Assembly (NCBI GenBank): GCA_003171065.1
Contig: PMXQ01000047.1
Location: 3,587 to 63,514, forward strand
Reading direction: 5' to 3'
From: Chloroflexota bacterium
Lineage (GTDB): Bacteria; Chloroflexota; Limnocylindria; Limnocylindrales; CSP1-4
Length of the DNA stretch: 59,928 bases
Position 1 is the first letter of the stretch, and every line of letters starts with the position of its first letter. The position numbers and the translations under genes were made by a program. The notes beneath the pieces are model-generated. The model was given only the letters and a program-made list of their open reading frames with translations. It ran no database searches and was not told the origin of the DNA. Shown one piece after another: positions 46,703 through 59,027 of this stretch.

Positions 46703-47413
46703 ATGGCAGCGCAGGCGTCGACGAACAGGATCGGCGGCGTGGCGCGGGCGGCTCGCCTGGGCGGAGCGTTGCTCGATCTGGCGTTGCCGGCAAGTTGCGC
46801 CGGCTGCGCGGCCGAGGGAACCGTTTTGTGCCCGAAATGCCGGGGCGCTCTGGACGTTCGACTGGCGCTGCCGCCGGGCGTGCCGCTCGGCCTGCCCGCG
46901 GCGATGCCGATGCCGCTGATGCAGCTGGAGTGGTGCGCGCCGTTCTCGGGAGTGATCCGAGTGGCGCTGCACCGGCTCAAATACTCCGGGGAGCGGCGGC
47001 TGGCCGCGCCGCTTGCGGACGCAATGGCGGCTCGCTGGGAAGCGGCGGGCGTCGGCGGGGACATGCTGGTTCCCGTTCCGGTGCACGCAGAGCGGGCAAG
47101 GAAGCGCGGCTACGACCAGGCGTTCCTGCTCGCGTCCGGCGTCTCGGACCGGCTCCACGTTCCATGGCAGGCGTCACTCGAACGGACGCGCCACACGACT
47201 CCCCAGTTCGAGCTGGGGCGCCGCGCCCGGCGCGCCAACGTCAGCGGGGCCTTCGCCCTGCGCGCCGGCGCGGGTCCAGTGGTGAAAGGCAGGTGGCCGA
47301 TTCTCATCGACGATGTCGTCACTACGGGCTCGACGCTGGTCGCCTGCGCCGAGGCGCTATACGACGCCGGGGCAATCGCGGTCTCGGCTCTGACGGTGGC
47401 GCGAGAACGTTGA
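46703..47413 (+). CDS. comF: ComF family protein (Zn ribbon plus PRTase-like domain)
   Basis: C..C...C..C, LKY.G, PVP.H..R...RGY.Q and IDDVVTTGST motifs. Confidence 0.92.
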   Translation: MAAQASTNRIGGVARAARLGGALLDLALPASCAGCAAEGTVLCPKCRGALDVRLALPPGVPLGLPAAMPMPLMQLEWCAPFSGVIRVALHRLKYSGERRLAAPLADAMAARWEAAGVGGDMLVPVPVHAERARKRGYDQAFLLASGVSDRLHVPWQASLERTRHTTPQFELGRRARRANVSGAFALRAGAGPVVKGRWPILIDDVVTTGSTLVACAEALYDAGAIAVSALTVARER

Positions 47414-47546
47414 TCCGCCGGGAACGACAGGGGCCGAGAGCCGGCGGCGGCTCCTATACTGGCCGCGTGGCAGCGGCTGTTCGAGACGCGCGCCAGTGTC
47501 GGCCGACGGTCGGCGCGACGCGCCAGGTGCTTTGCGGAGGTAGGGC

Positions 47547-48188
47547 GTGAGGACGATCGTCAAGGGCAAGAACATCGACGTCCCGGATTCCGTGAGGCAG
47601 TACGCCGAGCGCAAGATGCGCCGGCTGGAACGCTTCCTGGACGATCGATCGGAGGCAGTGGTCGAGCTTTCGACCGAGCAGCACCGCAGCAACACGGATT
47701 CGCAGATCGTGGAGGTGACTCTCGTCGTCGACGGCCGGCCCCTGCGCAGCCACGCCGCGGGTCCAACCTACCAGGCCTGCCTCGACATCGTGATCGACCG
47801 CATCGAGCGCCAGGCGGTGGACTCCCGCGAGAAGCCCAAGGGCAAGGCTCGGCCGGGCGCCGGCAAGGGCAAGCGGATCGTCGACGATGGCGAGCCGATT
47901 CTGTCCGGTAAGGCCGCGGCTGCGGCGGCAACGGAGGCCGCGGGCCCTGAGGAGGAGGCGCGGCGCTCGCGCATCGTCAAGACCAAGCGCTTCGCCATCG
48001 AGCCGATGTTCGAGGAGGACGCAGTCGCGAGGATGGAGGAGCTCGGACACGTCTTCTTTCTGTTTGTCAACGCCGAAACGGAGCGTCTGTGCGTCATGTA
48101 CAAGCGCAATGGGGGCGACTACGGGCTGATCGAGCCGGTGATCGCCGGCCAGTACACGCCCGGTCGAAACGGCCACAAGGCAGGCTGA
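47547..48188 (+). CDS. hpf: Ribosome hibernation factor (long HPF/RaiA)
   Basis: S30AE N-domain plus C-terminal K.F...PM..E.A...ME.LGH.FF.F; SD GGAGGT. Confidence 0.93.
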   Translation: MRTIVKGKNIDVPDSVRQYAERKMRRLERFLDDRSEAVVELSTEQHRSNTDSQIVEVTLVVDGRPLRSHAAGPTYQACLDIVIDRIERQAVDSREKPKGKARPGAGKGKRIVDDGEPILSGKAAAAAATEAAGPEEEARRSRIVKTKRFAIEPMFEEDAVARMEELGHVFFLFVNAETERLCVMYKRNGGDYGLIEPVIAGQYTPGRNGHKAG

Positions 48189-48229
48189 CGACCATCGACA
48201 GCCACCGCGCCGGGAGGGGCACGACCTAG

Positions 48230-49261
48230 GTGACGGCCGAGTCGAGCCGGCGCGTCGAGCTGCCCGGCGGGCGCCGGGCGGGGCCGCACCTGCCCATGGG
48301 ATCCGGCCTCCTGAAGGTCGCCGAACGCGCCGGCGAGATCGGCGCGTCGGCGCTGCAGATATTCAGCGACAACCCCACGGCGTGGCGGCGGCGGCCCGAG
48401 CCACCGCCCGAAGCGTCCGCTTTTCGCCAGCGTCTGGCCGAGCTGGACATAGGGCCGCTGGCGATCCACGCCGCGTATCTGGTGAACCTGGCCGGGGCCG
48501 ACGACGTCCTTTTCGAGCGTTCCGTCGACGTTCTGCGTCATGAGCTGGCTCACGCCCCGGCCTTTGGGGCCCGGTTCATCAACGTCCATGCCGGCTCTCA
48601 TCGCGGTGCCGGCGCAGAGGCTGGCATCGCTCGTCTGGTCGACGGCCTGTCGCGTGCTCTGGCCGAATCGCCGGATGGTCCGGATGCGCCGCTGGTCGTC
48701 CTCGAGAACTCATCCGGTGGCGGCGACGCCATCGGGGTCAGCGTGGAGCAGCTGGCGGCGGTGCTCGAGACGGCCACCGCGCGGGGCCTGGACGGGCGCA
48801 TCGGCTTCTGCCTGGACACGGCTCACCTTTGGGGCGCCGGCTACGACATCGCCGATCCGGCCGTGATCGATTGCGTGCTGGCCGAGTTTGACCGCTTGCT
48901 CGGGCTGGACCGGCTGGCCATGATCCATCTCAACGACACCTCGTCCGGCCTCGGATCGAGGCACGACCGGCACCAAAACCTGGGCGAGGGACGGATCGGG
49001 CCGGTGGGAATGGCGCACCTGCTCCGACATCCGGCCCTGGACCATGTCACTTTCTACCTGGAGACGCCCGGAATGGAGGAAGGCTTCGACGCGGTCAACA
49101 TGGCCCGGGTCGGCGATCTCGTCGCGGGTAGACCGCTCACACCCGGCCCCTTGCCTCGGCCGGGGACCGGGCCCGGGGCAAAGCCGCAGGCCAGGCCCAC
49201 GCCGCAGGCCAGGCCCACGCCGCAGACGCTGGGGCGAGCGGGGAGTCAGGCGGGGCCATGA
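48230..49261 (+). CDS. nfo: Endonuclease IV
   Basis: QIF..NP, HA.YL.NLA, H.GS, LEN, DTAH, H.ND and RH..LG.G motifs. Confidence 0.92.
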   Translation: MTAESSRRVELPGGRRAGPHLPMGSGLLKVAERAGEIGASALQIFSDNPTAWRRRPEPPPEASAFRQRLAELDIGPLAIHAAYLVNLAGADDVLFERSVDVLRHELAHAPAFGARFINVHAGSHRGAGAEAGIARLVDGLSRALAESPDGPDAPLVVLENSSGGGDAIGVSVEQLAAVLETATARGLDGRIGFCLDTAHLWGAGYDIADPAVIDCVLAEFDRLLGLDRLAMIHLNDTSSGLGSRHDRHQNLGEGRIGPVGMAHLLRHPALDHVTFYLETPGMEEGFDAVNMARVGDLVAGRPLTPGPLPRPGTGPGAKPQARPTPQARPTPQTLGRAGSQAGP

Positions 49262-50922
49262 GCGGGCTCGTGGGTCGGAGGTCCGTGCTCGCGCGCTGCG
49301 TCGGGGGCGCCAGCACTCGCCTGGGAGTGCAGGTCCGCGAGCTCGGCTGCCTGGCCGCTATCCTCGCCGTGGCCGCCGCAGCGCGCTTTGCGAACCTGCC
49401 GGCACGAGGCGGCTGGGATTCCGACCAGGGCACCGAGATGCTGGCGCTACGGAACGCGATCAGCGGCGGTGGCCTGCCCACCTTCGGGCCTCTGGCGATC
49501 AGCGTCGGCGGCACCTTCCACCACGGCGCCCTGTACTACGACCTGCTCCTGCCGGCGGCGTGGCTCGGCAACGGCGACCCCACCTTCGTCGTGGCGGAGA
49601 TCGCGCTCCTGAGTCTGCTCGTAGTCCCGATCGTATGGTGGATCGCACGCTCGATCAGTGGAACCGCGGCCGGCTTGATGGCGGCCATCCTGGCCGCGGT
49701 ATCGGCCAGCCTGATCGGCTACGCCACCTTCATCTGGAACCCCACCCTGGTCGAGCCGGCAGCGGCGGTGGCGTTCCTCGGCGCCTGGCAGGCATGGCGC
49801 ACGACTCGGCCCCAGTGGTGGCTCGTGGCGGCCGCGGGGAGCGCCGTTGCGATGCAGTCGCACGTTGCCGCCGGCGTGATCGTAGTGCCGATGGCGGCCG
49901 CGTTCCTCGCCGATCTGCGGCGCGCGCCGGGTCGTCGGCGTCGCATTGCGGCCTGGGGAGCGGCCGGGGTGGCCCTGGTCGCACTCTCCTACCTGCCACT
50001 GATCGCCTACGAGCTGAGCCACGACTTCGCGGAGACGCGGGGCATGATCGGCTACTTCACCGGCCCGGATTCCACCCCGGCAGCTGACCCGCTCACGCGG
50101 CTCGTCTTCAGCGCCATCCGGATCCTCGCCTGGCCGCTCACCCGATGGCCGCTCGTCGATCTGAAGCCGTCCGTCCTGCCGTCCCTGGCGGTCGCCATCG
50201 CACTGGCCGCGACGCTGATCTGGCACGTCGTCAGGACGGGCGCCCGGGCCTCCAGCGCCAACGCAACGCCGGGCGCGCCGCACCGCGCCCCCGGCGGGGC
50301 CGAGCGTGGCGCGGCCGAGGAGCTGGCGGGGCTCCGTTTCGTCGGGGGGATGCTGCTGCTCCTCGTCCTCGCCCTTGGCCTGGGCCTCAAGGCAGTCTCG
50401 CAGCTCCAGGAGCTGCCCACTGAGCAGTACCACGTAGTTGCCGACCCGCTGGTGCTCGTGGCGGCGGGACTCGCCCTGGCGGCCATCTGGCGGGCGGCCG
50501 ACGGCGGCCTGGCGAGGCAGATGGGCCGTGGCGCCGCCCTCGTGGCCCTGGTCGGCCTGGTTGCCTGGAACGTCGGCCACTGGCCACCGCTCACTTCGCC
50601 GGACGGGGGCTGGCCCGCGGCCGAGGCTGCGGCGACGAGGATCGAACGCATCTCCGCCGGCGCCCCGGTAGCGCTCATCCCTCTCTTCGAGGAGAAGGGC
50701 GGCGATGCCTACGCATACCCGCTGGCGCGCGATGGCACTATCTTGGTTGATGTGGACCGGGCCAGAGTCGTGGTTGTCCTGTGCGATTCTTTCTGGCTCG
50801 AGGGCTGCGGCGGCCAAGCCGAGGCTGAATGGCTCGCCACCCAACCCGGCGGACTGACGCAGGTGGATCGATTCGCGGCTGCCCCGGACAGGATCATGAC
50901 CGTCTACTTTCGATCACCGTGA
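49258..50922 (+). CDS. GT-C (ArnT/PMT-like) membrane protein
   Basis: DQG, GP, G.LYY and WNP motifs; many TM helices. Confidence 0.72.
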   Translation: MSGLVGRRSVLARCVGGASTRLGVQVRELGCLAAILAVAAAARFANLPARGGWDSDQGTEMLALRNAISGGGLPTFGPLAISVGGTFHHGALYYDLLLPAAWLGNGDPTFVVAEIALLSLLVVPIVWWIARSISGTAAGLMAAILAAVSASLIGYATFIWNPTLVEPAAAVAFLGAWQAWRTTRPQWWLVAAAGSAVAMQSHVAAGVIVVPMAAAFLADLRRAPGRRRRIAAWGAAGVALVALSYLPLIAYELSHDFAETRGMIGYFTGPDSTPAADPLTRLVFSAIRILAWPLTRWPLVDLKPSVLPSLAVAIALAATLIWHVVRTGARASSANATPGAPHRAPGGAERGAAEELAGLRFVGGMLLLLVLALGLGLKAVSQLQELPTEQYHVVADPLVLVAAGLALAAIWRAADGGLARQMGRGAALVALVGLVAWNVGHWPPLTSPDGGWPAAEAAATRIERISAGAPVALIPLFEEKGGDAYAYPLARDGTILVDVDRARVVVVLCDSFWLEGCGGQAEAEWLATQPGGLTQVDRFAAAPDRIMTVYFRSP

Positions 50923-51173
50923 GAGTGGGCTTGGAACCAGCAAACGTCGCGCAGGGCATGAACGATGCCGCTCAGCCGGACTCACCGGAGCCACCGGACT
51001 CCCCGGAGCCGCCGGCCCGTCCCGGCTCGAGAGGTCGATAGGCGTCACTGCGACGGCGCGAAGCATCAGAGCCCGCGTCGGCTCGAATGGCTCGGAGGCG
51101 GCGTGCCCGGCCGCAATCAGCGCCGGGCGCGCGCAACGGCGTCTGCGAGTGGCGGCGATAGACGAGCGCCCGG

Positions 51174-51686
51174 TCAGTCGCGGGCGGAGCGTGCGCGAGG
51201 AGGCAGCTGCCGGACCATCGGGCGGGCCGCGTGGCCGGCGACCGCCGACATGACCGGCGCGTCGCGGCGGTCGTCCAGGAGCCGGCGCGGCTCCATGGGG
51301 CGTTCCTCGGTCCGCATGCCGATGTAGCCGCGGCCGAAGCGGCGCATCCGCACCGCGAGGTAGTACTCCATGATCTGGCGGACCTGCGGCTCCGTGAGCA
51401 CATCGTCGGCCCGGAGGGCGTATTCGACGCGAGCCGTCGGATTGATCGTTCCGCCAGTTACGACCCCCAGGTACTGCGGCGCCTCGGCGTCGTCTCGGAT
51501 CTCACGCAGTCCGCGGGCCAGCTTCGTAGCCGTTCCCAGGGACGGCATCCGGTCGCCGCGGATCAGCCGGGAGATGGTCGAATGATCAACGCCGGATTGC
51601 TGAGCCAGCTGGCGCTGCGACATCTTCTTCGCTTTGAGCTGGGCCCGCAGCCACTCGTTGAAGCCTCGCCCGTTCTGTACGGCCAT
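51174..51686 (-). CDS. XRE-family HTH regulator
   Basis: MSQRQLA..SGV..STISRL..G.R.PS motif. Confidence 0.88.
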   Translation of the reverse strand: MAVQNGRGFNEWLRAQLKAKKMSQRQLAQQSGVDHSTISRLIRGDRMPSLGTATKLARGLREIRDDAEAPQYLGVVTGGTINPTARVEYALRADDVLTEPQVRQIMEYYLAVRMRRFGRGYIGMRTEERPMEPRRLLDDRRDAPVMSAVAGHAARPMVRQLPPRARSARD

Positions 51687-51904
51687 GCGCTTCGTGGGCT
51701 CCGATGGTCGGGCAATCTGCCCGGATACTGGAACTATCGGAGCGGTCAGCCAAAGCGTGAATGACTAATTGGTACCGCACGTGCAGCGACTGTCGGTTCT
51801 CCCGGCAAGGTGGCTGTAAGGTCAAGCGCGGGCAGATTCGGCGCAGCGCGGGCGCCGGCCGCCGTCGGGGCGCTATTTCGAACCGTCCGAACGGCGCCGA
51901 AAGG

Positions 51905-53056
51905 TCAGGCCGGCGGCCGGACCGGCGTGAGCGAAGGCCCGATCTCCTCGACTTCCATTCCCCCGCCGCGCGGCTTGGAGGAGAGCATGTATGCAACGGC
52001 GCCCAGGACGACGATCGAGAAGACGGAAATCGCCCGGTCGACCACGACGATCGCGGTCGCGTGTACCGAGTTCTTGGTGAAGAACGTGGTCAACACGCCG
52101 AACATGCCCGCATCAACGAGGCCGAGGCCTCCCGGAGTCAGCGGCACGGCCGTCAGCAGCGATCCGATCAGGGCCACGAACATCGCCCCGGAGAAGCCGA
52201 GGTCCACGTCCGCGAATCCGAGCGAGCGGACGACGAAATACAGACGCAGCGCCTCGGTCGCCCAGATCATGAAGGTCAGGAGGCCGAGCACGGGCAGGCC
52301 ACGCAACCCTACGGAACCGAAGACCCCTTCCTCGAACCGCTCGTACAGCTCGACGAAGCGGGCCGGCAGCGGCAGTACGCCGATGACACGGCGACCGAAG
52401 CTGCGCATCGCAACCATGGCCACGATCAGCACCACCACGATCACGACGCCGAAGGCGAAGATGTACTGCGTGCCGCCCGGCAGATCGTTGAGGCTGCCGC
52501 GGAACCTGATGTACCCGGCGGCTACGCCCAGCGCCGCGATGGCGACGAGATCGAGGATGCGCTCCATGAAGACCGTGCCCAGCGTTCGCGTCGCCGAGAC
52601 CGGGCTGTTCTGCTTGACCAGATAGGCGCGATACAGGTCGCCGAGTTTGGCCGGGACGATGCAGTTGACGAACCAGGAGAGAAACAGGATCTCGGTCGCG
52701 TCACTGGTCTTGACCCGATATCCGGCGCCGCGCAGGAGCTTCGTCCAGCGGAAGCCCCGGAGTGGGAAGCCAAGGTAGTAGATCAGGAAGGCGATCAGAA
52801 TGAAGCGCGGGTCGGCGCCCGCGATCGCCCCGGGCACCTGGCCCATTTGGTCCCGGTTGAGAGCCACGGCGATGGCGATGACCGCGACGGGAACGGCGAT
52901 CGACAGGATCGTTCGGGGCTGGCGCAGCCGGCGGACGAGCGACATCTGCTCAGCGGGTGGGACCTCGACCGCGGCCTCCGGATTGATCAGCGCCTCGGCC
53001 TCTTGCTCGAGCGGTTCGCCCATCGGGTGGCGGTGATGGTCTGACGGCTCGGTCAC
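51905..53056 (-). CDS. Lysylphosphatidylglycerol-synthase TM/flippase-like protein
   Basis: RW..LL, N..VPA..GD.YR, ER..D and TPGGLG motifs. Confidence 0.85.
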   Translation of the reverse strand: MTEPSDHHRHPMGEPLEQEAEALINPEAAVEVPPAEQMSLVRRLRQPRTILSIAVPVAVIAIAVALNRDQMGQVPGAIAGADPRFILIAFLIYYLGFPLRGFRWTKLLRGAGYRVKTSDATEILFLSWFVNCIVPAKLGDLYRAYLVKQNSPVSATRTLGTVFMERILDLVAIAALGVAAGYIRFRGSLNDLPGGTQYIFAFGVVIVVVLIVAMVAMRSFGRRVIGVLPLPARFVELYERFEEGVFGSVGLRGLPVLGLLTFMIWATEALRLYFVVRSLGFADVDLGFSGAMFVALIGSLLTAVPLTPGGLGLVDAGMFGVLTTFFTKNSVHATAIVVVDRAISVFSIVVLGAVAYMLSSKPRGGGMEVEEIGPSLTPVRPPA

Positions 53057-53796
53057 CGGATCTCTCCCCTGGCTTCGTGGGCCCGGCGCCGTCCGTTCCC
53101 CTTCATCGACTGGATCATCTTGGCAAGCGGCGTCCAAGCGCGCACGTAGAAACTCGCGCGTCCGGGTACGAAGTCCACTGCCGACAGCGACGCCAGCAGG
53201 CCCGCCGGAGTTCCGGGGTCTCCGGTCACGATGTTGCAGGTGACGGCGACCTCGAGGACAGTGTGCGAGTCGGATGCGCCGACCCCCGGGAGCCCGTGCT
53301 CGTGGGCGAACCGCGCCGCCTTCTCGTTGGCCGAGCCACCGATCACCCGGGCGTTGTAGGCCTCTACCCAGTCGACCAGATGGGCGATCGATTCGAGCTC
53401 GGCACCGCTCTTTCGACCGAACCCGCGCAGCCCGTCGAATGGGTGCGGGACCCCCACCAGGCCGCCCTGCGCTCGGACCGCGGCGATGGTCTCCACGGCC
53501 GACATGCCCGGCGGGACGACCTCGCGCAGGAAGACCGCTATCAGGTCGCCGTCGGCCGTCTTGACTTCCTCGCCGACGATTACCGTCAGCTCGGGCGGGG
53601 CGGCGTCGAGAAGGCGGAGCGCGGCATCGATCCGGTCGTGGTCCGTGACCGCCAGATGCGTCAGGCCACGCCTGGCCGCGGCCCGAGCCACAGCCAGGGG
53701 ATCGGCCAGCGAGTCGAAGCTGGCGTTCGTGTGACAGTGCAGCTCGATGAACGCCCGCCGTGCGGGGGTCGCAACGCGTTCCTCGGGAACGCCCAT
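53053..53796 (-). CDS. PHP-domain phosphoesterase
   Basis: LHCHT..S.D, TDHD, GEE, HPF and SDSH motifs. Confidence 0.88.
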   Translation of the reverse strand: MGVPEERVATPARRAFIELHCHTNASFDSLADPLAVARAAARRGLTHLAVTDHDRIDAALRLLDAAPPELTVIVGEEVKTADGDLIAVFLREVVPPGMSAVETIAAVRAQGGLVGVPHPFDGLRGFGRKSGAELESIAHLVDWVEAYNARVIGGSANEKAARFAHEHGLPGVGASDSHTVLEVAVTCNIVTGDPGTPAGLLASLSAVDFVPGRASFYVRAWTPLAKMIQSMKGNGRRRAHEARGEIR

Positions 53797-54797
53797 CACA
53801 TCTGCGAGCCGAGGTACTTCTTGTAGAAGTCGAAGTGCTCCAGGGCGAGGCCGGTGCCGCGGGCGACGCAGTTCAGGGCGTCGTCGGCCACGTGGCAGGG
53901 CACGCCCGTGACCTGAGTAAGCAACTTGTCGATGTTCCGCAGCAGCGAGCCGCCGCCGGTCATCACCATGCCCTTGTCGATGATGTCGCTCGAGAGCTCG
54001 GGTGGCGTCTGCTCCAGGACGAGGCGGACAGCCCCGATGATCTGCTGGAGCGGCGGCTCCATCGCCTCCATGACCTCGGAGCTCGTCATCGGGATCGTGC
54101 GGGGCAGGCCGGCGATCAGGTCGCGGCCGCGGACATCCATCGTCAGCTCGCGCTCGAGCGGGAGCGCCGTCCCGATCTGAATCTTGACTTCCTCGGCGGT
54201 CCGGTCGCCGATCATCAGGTTGTACTTCTTGCGGACGTAGCTGGCGATGGTCTCGTCGATCTTGTTGCCGCCGACCCGAAGGCTCGTCGACACCACGATC
54301 GCGCCGAGCGATATGACGGCGATTTCGCTCGTGCCGCCGCCGATGTCGATGATCATCGCGCCAGACGGGCCGCTGATCGGCACGGCCGCGCCGATCGCGG
54401 CGGCCATCGGCTCCTCGATCAGGTACGCCTCGCCCGCGCCCGCCTTGAGGGCCGCGTCGCGGACGGCGCGCTTCTCGACGCTGGTGACGCCGGCTGGCAC
54501 GCTGATCATTACTTCGGGCTTGCCCCATCCAAACCGCCGGCCCGTCTGAACCTTCTGGATGAAGTGCCGCAGCAGCGCCTCGGTGATGACGTAGTCGGCG
54601 ATGACTCCTGCCCGCATCGGCCGGATGGCCTGGATGTTGGCAGGAGTGCGGCCGATCATTTCTCGGGCTTCCGCGCCCACGGCGACGATCACGTTATCGT
54701 CATCGACGGCAACTACGGAGGGCTCCTGCATCACGATGCCCTTGCCCTTGACGTAGACCATCACATTGGCGGTGCCCAGGTCGATACCGATCTTCAT
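53796..54797 (-). CDS. mreB: Rod shape-determining protein MreB/Mbl
   Basis: IGIDLGTAN, DIGGGT and TGGG.LL motifs. Confidence 0.93.
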   Translation of the reverse strand: MKIGIDLGTANVMVYVKGKGIVMQEPSVVAVDDDNVIVAVGAEAREMIGRTPANIQAIRPMRAGVIADYVITEALLRHFIQKVQTGRRFGWGKPEVMISVPAGVTSVEKRAVRDAALKAGAGEAYLIEEPMAAAIGAAVPISGPSGAMIIDIGGGTSEIAVISLGAIVVSTSLRVGGNKIDETIASYVRKKYNLMIGDRTAEEVKIQIGTALPLERELTMDVRGRDLIAGLPRTIPMTSSEVMEAMEPPLQQIIGAVRLVLEQTPPELSSDIIDKGMVMTGGGSLLRNIDKLLTQVTGVPCHVADDALNCVARGTGLALEHFDFYKKYLGSQM

Positions 54798-54806
54798 GCC
54801 GCTTCG

Positions 54807-56138
54807 CTATGTCCCTTCCGCAAGCCGTTCGATCCTGGCGCCGAGCTCCAGGAATTTCGTGTCGATCTTCTCATAGCCGCGGTGTACGTGGTGCGCGCCG
54901 CGAATCGTGGTCACGCCCTCGGCGGCCAGAGCCGCCAGGATAAGGGACGCGCCGGCTCGGAGATCGCCAATCTCGACATCCACGCCGTGAAGCCGCGTCG
55001 GGCCGTGGATGGTCGCGTGATGCTCGTCCAGGATCTCGATCTGGGCGCCCATGCGGCGAAGATCGCCGAGCCACTCCAGGCGGTCCTCGAAAATCGTCTC
55101 GGTGACGTGGCTCTCGCCTTCCGCCTGGGTGAGAAGCACGCATGTGGGCGGCTGAAGATCGGTCGCCAGGCCCGGGTAGGGCTGCGTCTCGATGTCGGCG
55201 CACCTGAACGGCGCAAGATCGGCGGCGGTCGCGTCCACCTCGACGCTGTCGGCGCCGCAGTTGACCGAGACGCCCATCTCCGCCACGACGCCCAGGAGCG
55301 CGTCGAAATGGCCGCACGGGGCATTCTGGAGCCGGACTCGACCGCGCGTGACGGCAGCCGCGACGACGAAGGTCCCGGCCTCGATGCGATCGGAGACCAC
55401 GGCGTGCTGGGCGCCTCGCAGCCGGCGCCGGCCCTCGATCTCGATGCGGTTGGGCGCGGTCCGTTCGACCTCCGCGCCCATGTCCACCAGGAAAGCGATC
55501 AGGTCGTCGATCTCGGGCTCTCGGGCGGCCGGCTCGATGATGGTGTGCCCGTCCGCGAGGGTCGCGGCGAGGATGGCGTTCTCGGTGCCCATGACTGTGA
55601 TCTGCGGAAACGTCACTCGGCCGCCGCGCAGCCGGCCCGGGGCCTTGGCGAAGTAGTAGCCGTTGCGGTACTCGATGTCCGCGCCCAGGGCCCGCATCGC
55701 GTCGACGTGCAGGTTCACGGGCCGCCGGCCGATCCGGTCGCCGCCGGGGTTGCTGATGATGACGCGCCCGAACCGCGTCAGCAGCGGGCCCAGCAGGATG
55801 AAGCTGGCCCGCATCTTGGCCGCCGCCTCGAGGGGCACGAACAGCCACTCGGCATCGCCGCTGGCAACTTCGTAGACGTTGGGCTCGGGATGATCGACGG
55901 TCACGCCGATGTCCTGCAGGACTTCGGCCAGGACCCGCACGTCCTCGATCTCGGGCACATTCGTGAAGCGGCAGCGCTCGCCGGTCAGCGTGGCGGCGGC
56001 CATCAGCTTGAGCGCGGCGTTCTTGGCGCCGCTGATCGCTACCGAGCCCTCCAGGCGGCGGCCGCCCTCGATTCGGAAGACCTCCCGGTCTACTTCCTCA
56101 GGCTTGAACTCCCAGTGGAACGGGCGAGCGTCGGCCAT
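54807..56138 (-). CDS. murA: UDP-GlcNAc 1-carboxyvinyltransferase
   Basis: GAKN, MRAS, PGG(D).IG.RP, TD.Q, DLRAG and RGYE motifs. Confidence 0.95.
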   Translation of the reverse strand: MADARPFHWEFKPEEVDREVFRIEGGRRLEGSVAISGAKNAALKLMAAATLTGERCRFTNVPEIEDVRVLAEVLQDIGVTVDHPEPNVYEVASGDAEWLFVPLEAAAKMRASFILLGPLLTRFGRVIISNPGGDRIGRRPVNLHVDAMRALGADIEYRNGYYFAKAPGRLRGGRVTFPQITVMGTENAILAATLADGHTIIEPAAREPEIDDLIAFLVDMGAEVERTAPNRIEIEGRRRLRGAQHAVVSDRIEAGTFVVAAAVTRGRVRLQNAPCGHFDALLGVVAEMGVSVNCGADSVEVDATAADLAPFRCADIETQPYPGLATDLQPPTCVLLTQAEGESHVTETIFEDRLEWLGDLRRMGAQIEILDEHHATIHGPTRLHGVDVEIGDLRAGASLILAALAAEGVTTIRGAHHVHRGYEKIDTKFLELGARIERLAEGT

Positions 56139-56140
56139 CG

Positions 56141-56620
56141 CTACTCGCCGCCCGGCGGTTCCTCGCGATGCGCCTCCGGATGTCGGCGCGCCGCCTCGTG
56201 CGGTCCTCGCGGTCTGCGCTCCCCGCGCTCGGCGACGCGGATTCGGATCAGCGCGCGCTGGAGCGCGGCCCGCGCGGCCGCCAGGTCGGCCGGCTCCACG
56301 AAGCCACCTTCGAGGACGTGCTCTGCCTCGCGGCGGGCACGCTCGGCGCGTTCTAGATCGATTTCGGAGGCCATGTCGGCGGTCTCGGCCAGGACGACGA
56401 CGCGGTCCGGCCGGACCTGCAGGAAGCCGCCGAAGATGGCGAACTCCTGCTCCTGCCCGCCGCTCTTGAGGCGCAGCACGCCCTGACCGAGCGTCGAGAT
56501 CAACGGCGCATGGTGCGGCAGGATGCCGAGCTCGCCTTCGCTGCCCGGCACAATGACCTCGTCCACGTCGCCGGTGAAGGCGCGTTTCTCAGGAGTGACG
56601 ATTTCGAGGTGAAGAGGCAC
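56141..56620 (-). CDS. atpC: ATP synthase epsilon subunit
   Basis: LEIVTPE, GELGILP.H and GGF motifs; GTG start after GAGGAG. Confidence 0.95.
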   Translation of the reverse strand: MPLHLEIVTPEKRAFTGDVDEVIVPGSEGELGILPHHAPLISTLGQGVLRLKSGGQEQEFAIFGGFLQVRPDRVVVLAETADMASEIDLERAERARREAEHVLEGGFVEPADLAAARAALQRALIRIRVAERGERRPRGPHEAARRHPEAHREEPPGGE

Positions 56621-56660
56621 TAGCTCCTCCCGGGTCGGGAGCGATCCGTCGAGCGATCCG

Positions 56661-58978
<2,318 letters not shown>

Positions 58979-59027
58979 GCTGCCCTACCAGGTTCGGTTG
59001 TGTGGGTGTGGTTGCGCCGCCCTCGCC

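Noticed and set aside
47414-47546. raiA-motif RNA between comF and hpf
   Set aside because: The gap is only about 130 nt, contains its own -10 (TATACT), and shows no recognisable consensus.
53760-56486. 908-aa plus-strand ORF and similar long ORFs (e.g. 11331-13070, 24227-25999, 34671-36707, 42699-44444)
   Set aside because: Antisense or off-frame shadows of real genes, expected in high-GC DNA.
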